From the NCBI RefSeq assembly GCF_016432865.1, contig NC_067399.1:515034001-515098000 (forward strand): 64,000 nucleotides of DNA, in the 5' to 3' direction. Source of the DNA: Antechinus flavipes. Lineage: Eukaryota. The notes beneath the pieces are model-generated. The model had not been told where the DNA came from and made no database searches. It saw only the letters and a list, made by a program, of their open reading frames with translations. A program made the translations under genes and the position numbers. This document shows, piece after piece, positions 11,809 to 31,429 of this stretch; position 1 is the first letter of the stretch, and the number at the start of each line of letters is the position of its first letter.

Positions 11809-13186
11809 GTGAGCACTACCCCCATAAACCCCCCTATTCCTAACCCAGTCTCCATGGCAACACTTTCCAACCTTTAAAAGGAAGGTTGCCCATCCCTGAT
11901 TTCCTCTTGCTCATTCCTCCCCCACCTTGTCCCCTACCTGGAGGTTGGGTCTGGGGACCCCTCAGAAAGAAGAAATCACAGATTGGGGAACAAAGATCTA
12001 AGGGAAGGTGGGGAGTGCAGGTCACCCTGTGCTTTAGCCCAGAAACACACCCAGACACTCCCACACACACCCAGGGAAGGAAACACAGTCAAGGAGATGG
12101 GCACAGGGCTAGAAGAAAGGGCTAACAGAAAAGGGGTACACAACCATTTATGCCTAAGGGAAGACAGACATACAGCCAAAAGGACAGATAGTCCTGCAGT
12201 CACAAAGCCATGTGCACCCACAAGAAGAAGCTTGAAAACACTCACTCTGATACTCTAGTAGAGACTCACAAAGGAGTGGGGGTGTCACAGACATCATTAT
12301 CCTGAGCACAAACATACACAGACACAAAAAAACATGCACTTCTTAAGTCCCCAATCCCACCCCTCCTCAGACCCTAGCATTCACCTACCCACAGCCACCC
12401 AAGGGCTTGGCACCAGAACTGGGGAGGTGGGAGAGAGCTGGAGTCCGAGACTGGGCATCTATTAGTGCTGGATAACCAAGCCTAGCTAGACAGATCCTGG
12501 TGGGCAGGGAGGAGAGGAACCATGGCTCCCCCAAAACCTTGTCGCTAAGAGACAGTGCCAAGGCTGCTGGGAAGTGTGAGAACATCTTGGGGGGGGGGGA
12601 GAAAGAGAGTTTGTCATAGTAGGAACTCCTGCCAAAGATACAGAGAGAGCTTTCCCAATGTGTGTGATAGGGAGGGGATATGACCCCAACTCACTACTCC
12701 CTATTCCCTTCAAAGAGCCCATATGAGATGAAATAGGTCCAGGGGTACAAGGGTAGAGAAAAGCTCCCCAACTCATACACTGACCAGACACTTTCCCAAA
12801 CTTCACCCAAAGACTGAGCTTCCTTCTTTTTCTAGCTATCTGACTCTAGCTCTCCTGATGCCCCTGCCTCCCTTCTTTCCCAGCTCTAGAAGTCTCAGTG
12901 GCCCATTCACTGCCTCCAGCCCAGAACACCCCACCCCAGTTCACTCCTGCCAAGGCTGAGTGCAGCCACTGGCTCAAAGTCGGGAAATGATCAGAAGGTG
13001 CTGAGGCAGCAAAAAGGAGAAATCGATGACCCCACTATCCACCACAGCTGCCAGGATTCCCCTCCCCCCAACAAGGGAACCCAGACCCAGAGGAAGACAA
13101 ACCCAAATGGTTTCAGCTCTTGGAGATAACTGGGAACAAGGGTTGGGTTTTTGGTTTTTTGGTTTTTTTATCAAATCCTCTGTTGT

Positions 13187-13404
13187 NNNNNNNNNNNNNN
13201 NNNNNNNNNNNNNNNNNNNNNNNNNNNNNNNNNNNNNNNNNNNNNNNNNNNNNNNNNNNNNNNNNNNNNNNNNNNNNNNNNNNNNNNNNNNNNNNNNNNN
13301 NNNNNNNNNNNNNNNNNNNNNNNNNNNNNNNNNNNNNNNNNNNNNNNNNNNNNNNNNNNNNNNNNNNNNNNNNNNNNNNNNNNNNNNNNNNNNNNNNNNN
13401 NNNN
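13187..13404. other. Assembly gap (218 N)
   Basis: Run of n in CPNE6 5' intron. Confidence 1.
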
Positions 13405-13874
13405 AATTTTGCAAGAGGCTCAGCTACTTGACTTGAGTAAGAATTTGGGGAGCAGGAGGGATGAGGAGATAGTTTTCCATGTCTCCTTAATACTAGGAAA
13501 GCGGTGGTGAGGAAGAGTGGGAGATTGGGTTCGAGAATTTTGCAGAGATGTCCCTTCTCCTAGATCAGAAAAGGGAGGGACAGTCATGGCTGAGAACCAG
13601 GATATCTATACTCCATTCTCCTGAAGATGAGCGTGCCTCTTCTCCCAGTCAGACATGCAACCAGCCAAGCTACTTCGGAGTTATGTGGGGAGAGTGGGGA
13701 GAGGAAACATGAGGGATACACTCTAGACACACAAACGGATTTTATGTACCAGGCAATATTAGGACCATACACTAATGTTCAAGCCCCCCCTTGAGGGGAT
13801 TGTTAAGAAATAAGGATGGACCCATCCAATATCTGTCCCTGTCTATTTGACTGGATCACATTCCCCATAGGACC

Positions 13875-21029
<7,155 letters not shown>

Positions 21030-21212
21030 CCCTGAAGCCAGAGAATCTGGACACCCCCTTCAACCTCTCAGTGAGTTACAAACAAGATGTTGAAAGAGAG
21101 AACTTGGGAATGGAGCAAAATAATCAGACCTTGGGTGGAAGGCCAGGGCCAAGAATGGGCTATGCAGGATAGAAAAGGAAGGAGGTTTGTGATTGTCCCT
21201 ATTTCCTTCCAG

Positions 21213-21430
21213 GTGCCTGTTCTGTCCCCTGTGACTAGAGTGACCAGTGCCTCTGCCTTTTGGATCAGCTGTGCCCGAGGAGACCTGCAAGTGAGATGTG
21301 GGGCTCTGCATCCCACTCAGATTCAGGTCTCTATCCTCCAATTCTCTACTTTATTGCTTCTCAGTCCTTTTTTGTGTGTCCCCCAGGTTCCCAAGTCTCT
21401 GTTAATAAAGTGATCCATTACTATCCATTC
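21213..21430 (+). other. CPNE6: CPNE6 non-coding last exon with polyA signal AATAAA at 21404-21409
   Basis: Donor GTGAGT at 21071, polypyrimidine acceptor ttccttccAG at 21211-21212, then AATAAA. Confidence 0.7.
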
Positions 21431-23115
21431 TGCCTCTCCTTACTATTTCATCTTCTAGAAGCTGGAGGAGAGAATGTTAGGGTAGGAAGCAGGGCAGGAA
21501 TGGATAAGAGAGAAGCAATTTATAAGACAAAAGAGATCAAAATCCCTCAAGATCAGAGAGGAACCCATATATATTTATTCTTAGTCTTGTGGGCTCTATT
21601 CAGGGCCTCCTTATATCTCTAGCACCTAAATTGATTCTTTTCCAATTCTTATTCCAACCCTATACCTGTGGAGAAATTACTACCTCTCACTTTGCTCTTG
21701 CCTCCTAGTCCTAAGGATTCATTGTGGGGTAGGGGAAGCAGGCAGTGTTGGAGAGGAGGAGTGTTAACTATGGAGGTTAACTTGAGGAGAGAAAGGGTAA
21801 TGAGAGGCTGTCAGAGGGGTTGGTTGATCTCTTCACTGAGCTATCTCCAGGGGGGAAACCCAGCTGAGCTTCCCCAGGGACAAAATCCCCAGCCCCCTCA
21901 CAGCTGTGGAGCAGGGTAGTAGGGAAAGAGAAAGGAGGAAGGGGCTTAGGGAAAGCTTACAAAGGAGAATTAAAGTGTCTTAGAATGAAAATAGCAGTGA
22001 AATGACATCCAAAGCCTAGTTTCTATACTGTGTCCAAGCTGAAGTAGATGTATCTCCAGATCAGTTTATTTTGAGTCATTAAATAGGGATATGTGCATGA
22101 ATGAACTTGCCTTTGTATGGATGAGTTGCACAAGGAAGTCCTTTTGTGTCTATCCTTCCCAAAGGTATACTGGAAACAAGAGTTGTGTTTATATATGTAG
22201 CTCTTCTTGGAAAAAAAATTATAGATATCATTACCTAGGTATAGGTGTGTGTTCAGTGGTATGCTTCAGGCAGTGTTAAGAGAGACTAGGGTGGGAGTAG
22301 ACCTTGGTTCTGTTCTCAACTCAAGACTATATGACCCCAGAGATAAGGTGACAAAACAAAAAAGCAGAAAGAAGGAAGAGACTGAAGCAGGAAGGGGTGG
22401 CAGAAATCTTTGCCCCTCAATATCAGAATATAGTTTCTATACTATGGCTGAAAGTAGAGCTGGAAGTAATTAGCCCTTCTGAATATACATTAGCTAGAAA
22501 AGATGGAGTGCAACAGATGTGGCTGAGAAAGCAGGGGAGAAAGCAATACAGATGAACTTGAAAGAGAAAAACATGGGGAGACAAAGATAGAGAAAGCCAT
22601 AGAGAGAGAAATATAAGAGAGGAGAAACAAAGAGAGGAAGGGGTATGAGGAGGAAAGCACAGGGATAGAGAAAGGGACAGATGGAGAGGGGGAGAAAGGA
22701 AAAGAGACATATGTGAGCCTCTTCTTGCCTCTCCCTGTTCTGTCCCTAAAGCAAACACTGGTGAGGTAACAAGCTCTCTGGGGTATGCACTGATCCATTC
22801 TGTCCTCTCATATTCCTCATTTTTTCTGGATGTTACAGTAGTGATCCAGATTCCTGGGACACTTAAAAAAATATTCAAAATAAAGACAAATATAAGTAAG
22901 TCCCCACTCCATCCCAGTGCCCAAAACTATAGCCCAGCTTAGGGATGCTCAGACTCAGATGTGATTCAGATCATTGTCACATCTGGTGATCAGATTGGAC
23001 TAAATGTCTCTCCTGCCCCTCAACAGACAAGGGTTGTTCCTAACCAGAAGCTGAGATCTACTATATGGACTTGAGAGTGGGGATCATCCTAGCAGTTACT
23101 CCAATTCCTCAGCAC

Positions 23116-23119
<4 letters not shown>

Positions 23120-23146
<27 letters not shown>
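23120..23146. repeat. (CA)n microsatellite
   Basis: Dinucleotide run downstream of the NRL polyA signal. Confidence 0.9.
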
Positions 23147-23274
23147 CACATGAGCTATTCCCCAACATAGACAGAAGGTAGACTGGATGCAGGTGCAAAG
23201 AATAGAAATATCTTTCATTGTATTGACTTTTGATCAACAGTATTAAAATCCTCAATCCCAACGTTCATTTAAAA

Positions 23275-23280
23275 TTTATT
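23275..23280 (-). terminator. NRL polyadenylation signal (AATAAA on minus strand)
   Basis: TTTATT on plus, ~1.05 kb after the NRL stop. Confidence 0.6.
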
Positions 23281-24269
23281 TCCCATTCCTCCCTAACCCC
23301 AGAGAAGACTCATCTAAAAAATGCTGGAGGATGAGAGCTGGGTAACCTGAGGATGTTTGAGTCACATGACAGATTGGGATTTAAAAGAGGGACTCTGGAA
23401 AGTACACTCTCAAAATTTCCAAGAGCCCCTCACTAATGTAAGCCCTCCCTTACTCACCTAAGTATATTTAAGGGTCAGATCTGCCCAACTTGCTTTCTGG
23501 GTTTTGAATCAGAATGCTAGAGGTGAGGGAACTGTCCTCTGTGAATTTCTCTTGGCCCATCTTTTGAGCTTAAAAATTGCCTGATCCCAACCTCTTGATC
23601 TCCTGAGCCTCTCTGGTGTGTGCCAGTTTCAAGAGGTGGGGAGGGAAGCATCTTCCATAAGGATTTTTGTTGAACTTTGTATGGGAGATTCCTGGGAGAG
23701 AAACCATTCAATCTAGTGTTCTAGTTGGGAAATTTTTTTAAGTGACAGCTGAGCTATAGTCCCTCAGATTTGATCTAAAAAAAATTCCAGAAATCAGAAG
23801 CAAAATGGAACCCCAGATAAATGAAATAGAGGAAAGAGAAGATCTCTAAATATCTCCCAAATGAAGGAGCATACTCTCTCTGTCACATGCTACATACAGC
23901 ATTGATGCTTAGAAATCCTATCCTATGCTCTCCTCCAAGAAGTCCATCAGTTTTGCCTCTTGTCCATGCAGACCCAAGCAAGGATTCCATGTTCTAGGAT
24001 CCCGTCTATATGTATGGTCTAGAAACCGGAGAGGGCGTAGGTAAGGGAGGAAGAATCTGGGGAACATTGACTCCCAGAGAATAGGGTGGAGACTCATCCT
24101 TGCAGTTCCCCCACTTCTCTTTTGGGAGAGATCAGGAATCCTAAATGGAAGACTTCTAAAGAAAACTTTCTGAATCAAACAAAAACGAGCGAAGCCTCCT
24201 CTTATGTGATGCATCTAGGGGTTCTCGTCTGGCCAGGGGAGGTACCAGATTGTTAGGGTAAGGAAACCA

Positions 24270-24830
24270 CTCAGGCCATGGAGCCTCGTGCGCTTTTCCC
24301 GTGTGTGGTCCCGGAAGGGACCGACTTCAGAGAAAGAATTGACTGTGGTCCCCCGGGCGTGGGGATCGGTCCGGGCCAAGGCCAAGGCTGGAGCCAGAGG
24401 CGCCGACTGACAGCTTGTCACAGCGGGCTTTGTAGAGGTCACGCTCCCGGGATAGGCGCACTAACTCTGCCCGCAAGGCGTCCAGCTGGGCGGCCAGGCG
24501 AGCCCGCTCCGCCTCCAGCCCGCGCCTCTGCTGCAGCCGCTTGGAGCGGCAGGCCTGGGCGTAGCCGCGGTTCTTCAGGGTGCGGCGTCTCTGCTTGAGC
24601 CGCAGAGCCTCATCCCGCCCGCAGCCCCGCAGCTGCCGGTTTAGCTCACGCACCGACATGGACACCAATGCAGCATCCGAAAACCGCTCTGCCAGCCCCT
24701 GGAGCTGGAGAGGGAAAGAAGAGGAGTCAGGCTCCTGGGTCCGCCCCGCCTCTCCAAGGACAAGTTCTCTACTCTTCACTATAAGCCCGAGGGCTATACT
24801 ATCATAAACCGCTCCCGAAGCTATGGAGCA
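24270..24830. other. Intragenic CpG island over the NRL bZIP exon
   Basis: Dense CpG and high GC, in contrast with the CpG-depleted flanks. Confidence 0.8.
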
Positions 24831-26137
24831 GAAGCCACCAATCCAACCCAGCCCTCCCCCCGCCCCATATTGGACACGTCTTTAATCCCTCTCCACTCAC
24901 AATAGGAGGACCTGTCCCCTAATTCCGTGCCAACCCTTCTTGCAGCGTATACTCCCAAATTCCATTCACCCCTGCCCCTCTTTCCCTCCCCATTCCTACT
25001 TAGGTAGTCTTCCCGAGAACTGAGTCCGTCCCATATTTCTTACCCTGAGCAACCGGGACAACACCCACCTACGCACCTCACACCCTCTCCAATCCCCATC
25101 CTCCCTTAAAGTCATAATCCTATGGAAATGAGGGAGAAAGACCAGATCAATTTAGATCCTCCATACTGTCCATGGAAAAAGAACTACCTTCTGATGACCC
25201 CTGAAGGATTTAGATTACATTTTAATCCCCTTGACACCCCCATTTGTGTCTATAACTAATAGGATGAGCCCCAATCCTTCTAGAGAAGATTGGGAAAGGT
25301 GTAGGGAGGAGGGAAGCAAAGTCTTAGGTCAACCTCGTGCCTCCTCCTCAAGCCATTACCTTTTAGCCTCCACACATGAATCTTTGTTTTTTCCCCATCT
25401 CTTGGATATATTTTTCTTTCCGGATTTTCCCTCTCCCTCCCTCCCCCCTTAATTCTATGCTCACCTTTGAGCCCCTTCTCATTCCTAATTCCTCAATCCT
25501 CTCTCTACACCCCACCCCACCCCCTTAATCTAGAATATTCATGTTTCTCCCTTTCTGTATACCTTGAGAGACAGAAAGCTCTCTTTCTTTTTTTAAAGTT
25601 TAGTTCCTTTTTCTTCCCTTCTCTCCCGTGCCTTTACTCAATCTTTCTCACCCTCTCCATTCAACCTCCACTTTCTTCTCTTTCTGCCCTACTCTCCTTT
25701 TTCTTACCTCAGCAATGACCCACCCACCCTGTCACCGACATCCTGTCCCATCTCACCTGGGGATTCAGGCCACCCATCTCTTCTGTACTTCCTGGGTAGT
25801 GGGAGAGAGGTCCCTCAGCAGGGACTGGTCCCTGTCCCTGCAGAAACTCCACAGCCTCATCAGGACTCAACCCCAGTCCCTCCCCAGTACCCAGTTGCTG
25901 TTGCAGTGCAGCCAGCCAGAATAGCTCTTCCAGACCCTGCCTGACCCCCTCAGTGGTTCCCACCACACCTGGATCACTGAAGGTGGGTGAAGGTGGCACT
26001 GAACTGTAGGGAGTGGAGCCCAGTGAGGCTGCGGGAGGCCCAGATCGGCCCTCGGGGGGCTCCCTTTTTACCTCAAACTTCATCAGATCAAAATCATTGA
26101 CATACTCCATAGCCAAGGGACTAGGGGGCAATGCCAT
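24327..26137 (-). CDS. NRL: Neural retina leucine zipper, large-Maf bZIP transcription factor (~250-252 aa)
   Basis: Coding exon A 26137-25757 ([26 protein letters not shown]... Maf transactivation domain, 127 codons; acceptor at 26166-26165). Coding exon B 24704 (or 24698) to 24327 ([20 protein letters not shown]...[17 protein letters not shown] bZIP). Stop at 24329-24327. Confidence 0.97.
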
Positions 26138-27934
26138 TGCTGGAGGCAGGTGAGAAGGATCCACCTGGAAAAGAGGAGATAAAGTGAGGTGAGGTGAGAC
26201 AAGGAGGGTCAAGGAGGAGGCTTGAAGACTGTCGGCCTGAGGCTTATTAGCAGAATAGAAAGAAGCGTGACAGGCTGGATTCCAGTCCTATCGCTATCAC
26301 CAATAAGCTTTTTGACAAATTGGGCAAGATCCTCAACTTTTCCAAGCCTTAGTTTCCTGAGAGTATTGACCTAAATAATCCCTAAAATTCTTTCTAGTTT
26401 TAAAACTCATTCTACAATAATATAAATGGAAAGAAAAGCCACACTTCAAAATATAATTTTTTTTAAAAAATTATAAAGGTCAAGCAGTACTTAGTATTAA
26501 GATATAGGAAAGAAACCTACCCATCTTTCACAGAAGTAAAAGATCCACAAGTGTTACACTGTACACGTTTTTGGATTTTTTTTCCAGTATATTGATCAGA
26601 TTTTTTTTCTTCCCCTCTAAAAATACTATTTGTTATAGGGGGAGGGCTGTCTGGGAGAGGGAAAATAAGAGGGGAGTGATATTTGGAAGAACTCTTATGA
26701 TGTAAGAAACAGAAGACATCAATGAAACTTTTTTTTTAAGTTGATGATTCTCAGCCCAATCTTTCAAGCAGCTTAGAGATTAGAATCCTGTGCAGATAAA
26801 AAAAAATAAAAAGAAAAAAGAAACATGCTGATGGAATACATATTCCAGCAGGGCCCAAAAAGAAGAGGACAAGGCTAGAATTTCAGCCCATAGCCAGCTC
26901 TCCTCCTGCTCCTGGGCTCTTAAATAACCTACTTTAGGAAGAAACAAATTTTTTCCTATGGCAGTAGTGCACAATCCTGAGTTTGTGACATGCTAGAGTT
27001 TTTAGTTATCCCAAGAATCCCATTCTGAAATTCTCAACCAATTCTCAAAGTCAAATAAAGCATAATTTGCTCTTAATATATATGTATGCATTTATGTGTA
27101 CATAACACACTTAGGTTGGAGATGGTGGCTGTATGTATGTTTTACAATCAAGAAAATGTCTCAACTTTGAGTTGAGAAACTTTCTGAATGAAGACGTCAT
27201 CCAAGAAGAAAACTGTTCCAGTTCTAGAGAAGATCATGGCTCATTATGGACCAGCCTTTCATTTCATTCAACCTTTTGGAGGGGATTCCACAACTTGCCC
27301 AGATTGTATGGATTGCCAAATGAATCCTTCCTCCAAAACATTTCATTCCCCGATTTCCTCATTTGCAAAATGAAGTCAAAAGAAATTCTAAAGATCTTTC
27401 CAGTCCTAAAGTGCTATGATTTTATGATGTTTGGGCTGAATTGTTTTAACTAGCCCTTTTTAAGGATATCCACTGTTCTCCCACATGCTCCAGAAAAGGC
27501 AGATGGCACAGAACCTCATATCTAGGGATTTATTAGAATCTAGTACTTAGTCTGGCTCTACCTTACTGCTCCAGGCTTAAGTAGCCCCTTTCTACAGCTC
27601 AGTCTCACCAAATACTAAAAACCTGAGTTGTTGGGAGAAATAAAAAAGGGAAGTAGGAGGAGAAAAGTAAGGTCTCTCACTCTCCTTGTCCTACAGGTGG
27701 ATCACAGACCATTTCTTGAGCTCTTCAGACAATCTTCTCTGGGAGACACTGAGATAGATGCAAAGTAGACTTAAGGAATAGGCCCCAGAAATGAAATAAG
27801 AGGAAGAGAAGGAGATTCAGAGGCAAGAAGGAAGAAGAAAGAAAGAAAGGAAAGAAGAAAAGCCCAGAAAAAGGATCAAAGCAGGGAAAGGGGGAGAGAG
27901 AGTCATGTCTAAATCAGCCCCAGAAAACACTTAC

Positions 27935-28250
27935 TTTGGGAATTGTTGGAGAATGTGCAGTCAAGGTTATAGATAGGCAGTCACCACTTTCCTAGAGACA
28001 AATGGCCCCATTGAACAAAAGTAGGGGACACAAGTCTTCAGCATAGATGGGGCTGTGGACACAGAACTTGTTGAGTGAGGGCTCTTAAAGAATCAGCCTA
28101 GTGAGGTCATCCCCTCCTTGCCTACTTCCAACCAATGATGCACCACAGTCATTTGCATATCCCCCTTGTCTGAGAGGATGAAGAGTGAATTGTCATCTAG
28201 AGAAGATTTTTAGGGAATATCATCCTCCCCCACGATAAAGTCCGTCACAT
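27935..28250 (-). other. NRL: Candidate non-coding first exon of NRL
   Basis: Consensus donor AAA|GTAAGT on minus (plus ACTTAC 27929-27934) upstream of the ATG exon. The 5' boundary is a guess. Confidence 0.4.
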
Positions 28251-28948
28251 CTAGCCAGCAAGTCCCTAGCTCTCTAACACTAGAATTTTCACCTTCCCTT
28301 GACTATCACCCAATTAATTCTGCAGGCACTGGGGGCTATTAGAATCCTTAAAACAAGAAAGTTTAGCCCAGCACTCTCTCTTCCTCATCTTTTTCTCTCT
28401 TTTTTCATGATTTTTTCCGGCTTTCTGGGTGCCGCCCTCTCATCTGACAAACCCACACCTGCTCTAACCTCAGTAACTTAGTTTAGGACAAATTTTGCCT
28501 GACCAGCACCCACCAAGCTCATTGGCTTTGCTTCCTGTTTTCAGGAATCCTCATCTTTCTTCTTTTTAATTGACTGATCCACCTATAGCTGAACAGTGAA
28601 GATAATTTTTACAACAAATCCTTAAAGCACATCAGAAAAGTAACCACTGCCTTCTATGAAGAAAAAGGGAGAATCTATTTCCTCCATGCTCAGTGCTCCC
28701 TCATGACCTGACTGCAGGTGAAAAAGCCTGTTTATTTTGAGGCAGTAAATAAAATAGAGAAGTCCTTTTAGTGAGCTAAGGGACCTAGAGATCTACTATC
28801 AATCAAGATGAAAAATTGGAACTTCTGTTTCCTTGTCACCTTCTCTTCTTTATCTATCTACCTATCTATTCCCCTCTCCTCATTCCCAGATGGTCACATT
28901 CCTCCTTTCCTATTCAGGGGCTAGATAGGATTGGAGGAAGGGGGGAGG

Positions 28949-28972
28949 TGACCTACATTCTTTGACTAATCC
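28949..28972 (-). promoter_or_regulatory. NRL upstream module: ROR response element plus CRX/OTX2 site
   Basis: Minus-strand AATGTAGGTCA (28959-28949) fits the RORE consensus; TAATCC at 28967-28972. RORbeta and CRX/OTX2 are established NRL regulators. Confidence 0.7.
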
Positions 28973-29769
28973 TATAACACCTCTTAGGGCTATCATCCCA
29001 AAGTAAAAGATTGGCAAGGGGGCACCAGGAATTAGCCAGGAAATTGTTTAAACTTGTCAGGCACCGTTTAAATGAATCTGTGCTAATTCGAAATACCAGG
29101 CTTAATGTTTTCTTACTACAACCAAATGACCCCTGGATACCTCTTCCCTGCCACCCCCAGTTCTACCCCATCCCCAGACTAAGGTATACTATTCTATTTC
29201 TAATCCCAGAGAAATGTCTGGGCTCCACATAGTGCGTGGGGTTCATCAGCCTACCTAAGGCATATTAAGCATTGGAAGCCTGTAGGCATAGGTACTTTGT
29301 ATACCATCCAACACATGTTTTTGGTGAAGGTAAGAAAGAGGAGATTGTGTCCCTTCACTTTGATTTCTGCTGTATAGGGCTCAGTTTTGTGTTTGCCTAT
29401 AATTTGTGTTGCTTTTCCTAATTCTTCTCTCTCTTTGAGCCTGTTTCCATCACTCTCTTTAACTGCTCCTCTCTATCTCTAATTCTAATGGTATCATTCA
29501 GAATATACAAGTGAATTCAAATTCAAATTCAACAAAGATTTAAATCTTTAAGACACCATGCTAGGCACACATGATCAATGAGGTTGCTGGGATTAAGAAC
29601 ATGAATGAGCCAATTAACTACAAATCATGGAGCCCAAGAACATGTCTCTATACACCATAGGTCATTGATTTAGACCTGGAAGGGATAGAGGTCATTTAGT
29701 TCACCCCCTTGTTTTACAGATGAGAAAATGAAGGCTCAGAGAGTAAGATGATTAATACAATCCCATAGG

Positions 29770-30025
29770 TTGTTATTGTTCATTTGTTTCAGTCATGTCT
29801 GCCTCTTCTTGACCTCATTTGGGGGATTTTTCACAAAGATACTAGAATGATTTGCCATTTCCTTCCAAGTCATTTTAGAGATGAGGAAACAGGCAAACAG
29901 GATTAAATGATTTGCCCAGAGTCATACAGCTAATAAGTGTCTGAGGCCAAATTTGAACTCAGGAAGATGAGTCTTCCTCTCTCCACGCCCTGTACTCTAA
30001 CCACTCGTGCCATTTAGCTTCCCAA
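29770..30025 (-). mobile_element. Mar1-type marsupial CORE-SINE
   Basis: Reverse of the CORE-SINE head plus the tail ...tttgccatttcc...cagtcatgtc...gttgtt. Similar copies at ~33790-34045(+), 35330-35560(+), 37355-37590(-), 42035-42285(+), 48625-48800(-), 54770-54985(-). Confidence 0.75.
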
Positions 30026-31429
30026 AATTATAGAGAGTAAAGGCCAAAATCAAGATTTTAATCCAGATCTTCTGATTCCAAATCCATTTCTCTTTTTACT
30101 CTGCTGTGAAGACTTTAAATGAACATTCTACATGAGGCATGGAACCAGGAAACAGAAAACATACTTGTGAATACCTCTTTATTGGGCATACTCAATAAAA
30201 AAAAAAAAGAAAAGAAAAGAAAGCTCTCTAATCAATCAAACCCATTTTCCTGGCCTAAGGAGACATTGCTCTAACACCAGCATCTGTCAGGTCGACCCTG
30301 ATCCTGTTGTTTACTGTGGAGTATGAAAGGGGATGTAGAAGGTTGATGGGGGAAGTGATAAGCTGCTAATGGACTGAAAGAGCCATACTAAATAAGCTCA
30401 GAAGGATTGAGCAGCTCAGGGTCTCATACCAGTTACCTTTAACAAGGGAAAGGAGAGTACAGGGTAAGTATGAGGTGAACCAGGCGTGGGGAAAGGAAAT
30501 GGAGCTGAAGATGCAGAAAGGAGACATGATTAGGGGAGCAGGAACATGATATAGGAAAGTTATAAAAGTGGTGTTCCAACAGCCGAATGTACAGTTGTCA
30601 GTAACTCACTGACTTTTTGATTGAGCCTTACTACTCTAAGAACTGGAAAGAGAAGTGGGAGAAAAGGATATTAAGGTCAAGTCTAGGGATAATGAGACAA
30701 AGAAAAAAAAAAAAGAAAAGATATAAAATGTTTAAGGAAGCTAAGTAGTGCTAAATCAGAATGGAGATGAATCTACTATGAACACAAAGGAATCTAAATT
30801 AAAAGAGACAGAGAAAGAGGAGATTGAATGAAAAGAAGACAAGAGTTAAGGTAATAGGAGAAGAAAGGAGAGTGAAATAGAGAGAGAGGGGCAGAGTTAA
30901 AAAAAAGAATGAGGTAGTTATCCAGGCTGGGCAGAAGAGCACAGGAATTATATTACCAGGATGGAAAATAAAGACTAGAAAGTGATAATAAACTAGACTT
31001 GAGGTCTAGTCCTGCTTCTGCCATTAACTAACTGTAGAATCTTGACCAAGTCATGGAAGCCCAGAATCAGAATTTTAGAACTAGAATTTCAGCAACTCTC
31101 AAAGGCATTCAAGGTCATAAGGCATCTCCACTATAATATACATAACAAGCCCCTCCTTGAAGACCACCAAGACAAAGATTGTCTCCCAAGGCAACTTCTT
31201 GCATTGAGGGGGGTGAAGGGGAGGTGGAGAGAGAGCTGTAATTGGGAGGAAGTTTTTCCTCTGGCATTGAAGCCTAAAGTGGTCCTCTAGTTATTCTAGT
31301 ATTCTAGTAATTCTTGAGCATTGATATAGAGACATCTGAGGCTGTAAATTTTATTACAGGCTCTTTTCTTGAATGTTACCTCCTATTAACCTGTGGATAG
31401 CTACATAGCTCTTTTACTTCCTTTACTAC

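Noticed and set aside
11206-11877. 223-aa Cys/Val-rich ORF and overlapping HT-repeat ORFs
   Set aside because: Produced by the (TG)n and TG-rich tract plus the GC-rich promoter.
12995-13005. GGTGCTGA half-site suggesting a REST/NRSE element for neuron-specific CPNE6
   Set aside because: The companion CTGTCC half-site is absent at the required spacing.
12885-13140. Possible extra CPNE6 5' exon after acceptor-like ctttcccAG (12884)
   Set aside because: No clear donor or in-frame link to the ATG exon is visible, and the adjacent gap prevents assessment.
24278-24807. Plus-strand ORFs over NRL exon B
   Set aside because: Stop-poor antisense frames of a GC-rich coding exon.
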